From: an uncultured delta proteobacterium
Lineage (GTDB): Bacteria; Myxococcota_A; Polyangia; Polyangiales; Polyangiaceae
Length of the DNA stretch: 64,000 nt
Reading direction: 5' to 3'
NCBI GenBank assembly: GCA_963696385.1
Contig: CAVOKF010000008.1
Span: 480,001-544,000 of the forward strand
The notes beneath the pieces are model-generated. The model was not told the origin of the DNA. It did no database searches and saw nothing but the letters and a program-made list of their open reading frames with translations. Shown here piece by piece: positions 61,558-64,000 of the stretch. The position numbers were made by a program, and so were the translations under genes. The first letter of the stretch is position 1; every line of letters starts with the position of its first letter.

Positions 61558-62076
61558 ATGCACTTTTCAAGACACGCACTTCTAGTCGTTTGCATCGCCA
61601 CCCTGGCTCCACTGGGCGGCTGCGCCGGACAGGGCGAAGGCGAGGTCTGCAGCCCGCTTGCCGGCAACGGCGGAAACAACGACTGCCGTTACCCCTACAT
61701 TTGCACCAATGCCGCCGAACTCGCTCCCGGCACGAACGGAGATCGTTGCTGCCCGGCCGACCGCACGGGCGCCTCCGGCGTGTGCGCCCAAAGCCAGGCC
61801 GGGGTCGTCGCCGATTCGTCGGCGCCGGTGAGCTCGGACGACGCCGAGACCGACGCAGCGATCGATGCGGCATCCGATGGCCCGACCGACGGCGCCGCGA
61901 CCGACGCCGCATCCGATAGCCCGACCGACGCCGCATCCGATAGCCCGACCGACGCGGCATCCGATGGCCCGACCGACGGCGCCGCGACCGACGCCGCGGA
62001 CGGCAATGCAGGCAACACGGGCGGCGATGCGGGCGACGGGGCCATCGACGCGACCGGCGACGGCGCCACGGAGTAG
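61558..62076 (+). CDS. Cys-rich lipoprotein with DAASD(G/S)PT repeat tail
   Basis: Lipobox GGC, 6-Cys domain, 24-nt tandem repeats at about 61865-61997. Confidence 0.7.
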   Translation: MHFSRHALLVVCIATLAPLGGCAGQGEGEVCSPLAGNGGNNDCRYPYICTNAAELAPGTNGDRCCPADRTGASGVCAQSQAGVVADSSAPVSSDDAETDAAIDAASDGPTDGAATDAASDSPTDAASDSPTDAASDGPTDGAATDAADGNAGNTGGDAGDGAIDATGDGATE

Positions 62077-62082
62077 CCGACC

Positions 62083-62340
62083 GTGCCCATCGCGACGCTG
62101 GTGCACGACACGCAGTGGGCCTTGTGGCTCGTGGTCGCGCTGTCGCTTCCCGTCCTGGGCGTGGCGGCGCTCGTCGGGTTCGTCGTGGCGGCGTTTCAAG
62201 CGGCGTCGCAGATTCAGGATCCGACCCTTTCTCACTTGCCTCGCTTGATCGTCGTGGTCGCCGCCCTGGCCCTCGTCGGCCCCTGGATGGGCCATACCAT
62301 CGGGGAGTTCGCCGAGCACATGTTCGCCGCGCCGCACTGA
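62083..62340 (+). CDS. FliQ/SctS family export-gate subunit, orphan
   Basis: LSLPVL..A.LVG..V..FQAASQIQDPTLS.LPR...GPWM. Confidence 0.9.
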   Translation: MPIATLVHDTQWALWLVVALSLPVLGVAALVGFVVAAFQAASQIQDPTLSHLPRLIVVVAALALVGPWMGHTIGEFAEHMFAAPH

Positions 62341-62395
62341 TCGGCTTGCGCGCCGCGCGTTGACCGGCCAGTGGGCCTCTGCTTAGCTCGACACG

Positions 62396-63055
62396 GTGAG
62401 TGAGGCCTCACTCAAGTCGCGCGACCCGCGGCGGCGCGCCGCCGATCGCGGCGTGCGCGGCAAGGACAAGCGCGAGCGCATTCTGGATGCGGCGGTGCGG
62501 GTGTTCGCCCGCAACGGATTCCATGCGACGCGCGTGAGCGAGATCGCCAAGGCTGCGGGGGTCGCCGACGGAACGATCTATCTCTACTTCAAATCGAAAG
62601 AGGCGCTGCTCGTCTCGCTCTTCGAGGACCGTATCGGGCGGCTTCTCGCATTCCTGAATGCGGAGCTGTCACGCACCGCCAGCGCATCGAGCAAACTCCG
62701 ACGCGTGATCGAGATCCAACTGGGCATCCTCGAAGGCGAGCGCGACCTCGCCGAGGTCCTGACCGTCATCTCGCGGCAGTCGACCAAGCTGATGAAGCAG
62801 TATGGAGCACGCAAGTTCGTCGCGTACCTGGACGTCATCGCGCGAATCGTCGCCGAGGGTCAAGCGACCGGTGAGCTGCGCAAGGACATCCCTCCGCACC
62901 TTGCGGCCCGTGCGATCTTCGGTGCCCTCGACGGCATCGCCCTCACGTGGGCGCTCGGCAAGGCCGATCGCGGCGGACTGTTGTGGGCATCCAGCCAGTT
63001 GGCCGAAATCGTACTCCGGGGCCTGCAGCCGGCCCGCGCGCCGGACGGCCCATGA
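62396..63055 (+). CDS. TetR regulator, FadR/YsiA-like
   Basis: ILDAAVRVFA..GFH...VSEIAKAAGVADGTIYLYFKSKE.LLVSLF. Confidence 0.92.
   Translation: MSEASLKSRDPRRRAADRGVRGKDKRERILDAAVRVFARNGFHATRVSEIAKAAGVADGTIYLYFKSKEALLVSLFEDRIGRLLAFLNAELSRTASASSKLRRVIEIQLGILEGERDLAEVLTVISRQSTKLMKQYGARKFVAYLDVIARIVAEGQATGELRKDIPPHLAARAIFGALDGIALTWALGKADRGGLLWASSQLAEIVLRGLQPARAPDGP
62397..62414. promoter_or_regulatory. Perfect 18-bp palindrome TGAGTGAGGCCTCACTCA, probable TetR operator
   Basis: Self-complementary; overlaps the tetR start; parallels the Bacillus FadR box TGAATGA-N4-TCATTCA. Confidence 0.75.
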
Positions 63056-63966
63056 AGCGCCTTGGAGAGCGTGCGCGGGCGTGCGCCGACGTGCGACGGT
63101 TTTTCGACGCACGAGGGTTCATCGAGGTGCAGACGCCGGTCGTGGTGCCGTCGCCGGGCTTGGATCTGCATCTCGACGCCTTCGAGATCGCCGGCGGCGA
63201 CCGCGGCGCGGCCCGATGGCTCAACACGTCGCCCGAGTACCAGATGAAGCGGTTGCTCGCCGACGGCTGGCCGCGCATCTACCAGATGACACCCTGCTTT
63301 CGACGAGGCGAGAGGGGCGCGCGGCATAACCCCGAATTCACGATGCTCGAGTGGTACCGCGCCGGGGCCGACGTGACCGACGTCATGCGGGATACCGAGC
63401 AGCTCGTCGCCGCCGTGACCGGCGGCATCGTCCGACTGCCGCATCGCGCGATCGACGTGCACCCGCCTGTGGACCGATTGCCGGTATGCGAAGCCTTCGC
63501 GCGCTTTGCGGGCTGGTCGCGCGACGAGACGCTCGCGGCGGCTCTGCACGATGAAGATCGCTACTTCCGGGCGTGGGTCGATCGCGTCGAGCCCGCTCTC
63601 GAACGGCTCGATCGCGCCGTATTTCTCATCGACTATCCGGGGTCGCAAGCGTCGCTCGCGCGGAAGAAACCCGAGGATCCGGCCGTCGCCGAACGGTTCG
63701 AGCTCTACGTCGCGGGCGTCGAGCTCTGCAACGGCTTCGGCGAACTGATTGACCCCGTCGAGCAGCGTGAGCGGCTGGTGCGCGACCGAGAGGCACGACG
63801 GGATCGAGGACTGCCGGTGTATCCCCTCGACGAGCGATTCCTGCGCTCGCTCGACCGAATGCCGGCGAGCGCAGGCAACGCGCTCGGGCTCGATCGGCTC
63901 GTGGCGCTGGCGTGCGGAACGACCGACATTGCCGACGTCCTGGCCTTCACGGCCGACGAAGTGTGA
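63052..63966 (+). CDS. epmA: EF-P lysine aminoacylase EpmA/GenX
   Basis: FIEVQTP, TSPEYQMKRLL, HNPEFTMLEWY, ERFELY..GVELCNGF, ALGLDRL. Confidence 0.94.
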   Translation: MKRLGERARACADVRRFFDARGFIEVQTPVVVPSPGLDLHLDAFEIAGGDRGAARWLNTSPEYQMKRLLADGWPRIYQMTPCFRRGERGARHNPEFTMLEWYRAGADVTDVMRDTEQLVAAVTGGIVRLPHRAIDVHPPVDRLPVCEAFARFAGWSRDETLAAALHDEDRYFRAWVDRVEPALERLDRAVFLIDYPGSQASLARKKPEDPAVAERFELYVAGVELCNGFGELIDPVEQRERLVRDREARRDRGLPVYPLDERFLRSLDRMPASAGNALGLDRLVALACGTTDIADVLAFTADEV

Positions 63967-64000
63967 TCGGATGAAGGCGTGCGGGGGGGAACGGGGATCT

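Overview
GC-rich chromosomal window from a myxobacterium, most likely Polyangiaceae/Sorangiineae-like. This placement is inferred from a MYXO-CTERM-tailed SCE4755-type protein, a DigR-like regulator and several Asp-Ala-Gly-linker lipoproteins. The first 15.4 kb hold the end of a flagellar locus (flhF end, fliA, flgF, HDOD-like gene, FlgJ-like muramidase, fliC, fliD, fliS). It is followed by a Maf flagellin glycosyltransferase and a pseudaminic-acid cluster (pseB, pseC, pseF-like, wbqC, pseI, pseG; no pseH seen). The rest is mostly housekeeping and surface genes: a desaturase, two toxin-antitoxin loci with broken toxins, surface lipoproteins, moaB, a triple FKBP, tRNA-Pro, digR-like, tRNA-CAT, tatD, prkA, oppDF, a Ser/Thr pseudokinase, pdhABC, csp, spoVR/yeaH, an S8 protease, glgX/malQ, BCCP, dcyD, pgsA, an orphan fliQ/sctS, a FadR-like TetR and epmA. 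The most notable signals are: (1) flagellar plus glycosylation genes in a lineage known as non-flagellated gliders, with a possible FliT-Maf fusion and WbqC in place of PseH; (2) five frameshifts each repaired by turning GATTC/GAATC into GATC, suggesting a DNA-modification footprint in the assembly; (3) two stand-alone DHp (HisKA)-like microproteins near digR; (4) strand-polarised GACCNC hexamer arrays just after stop codons. All product calls come from motif recognition by eye; no database searches were run.
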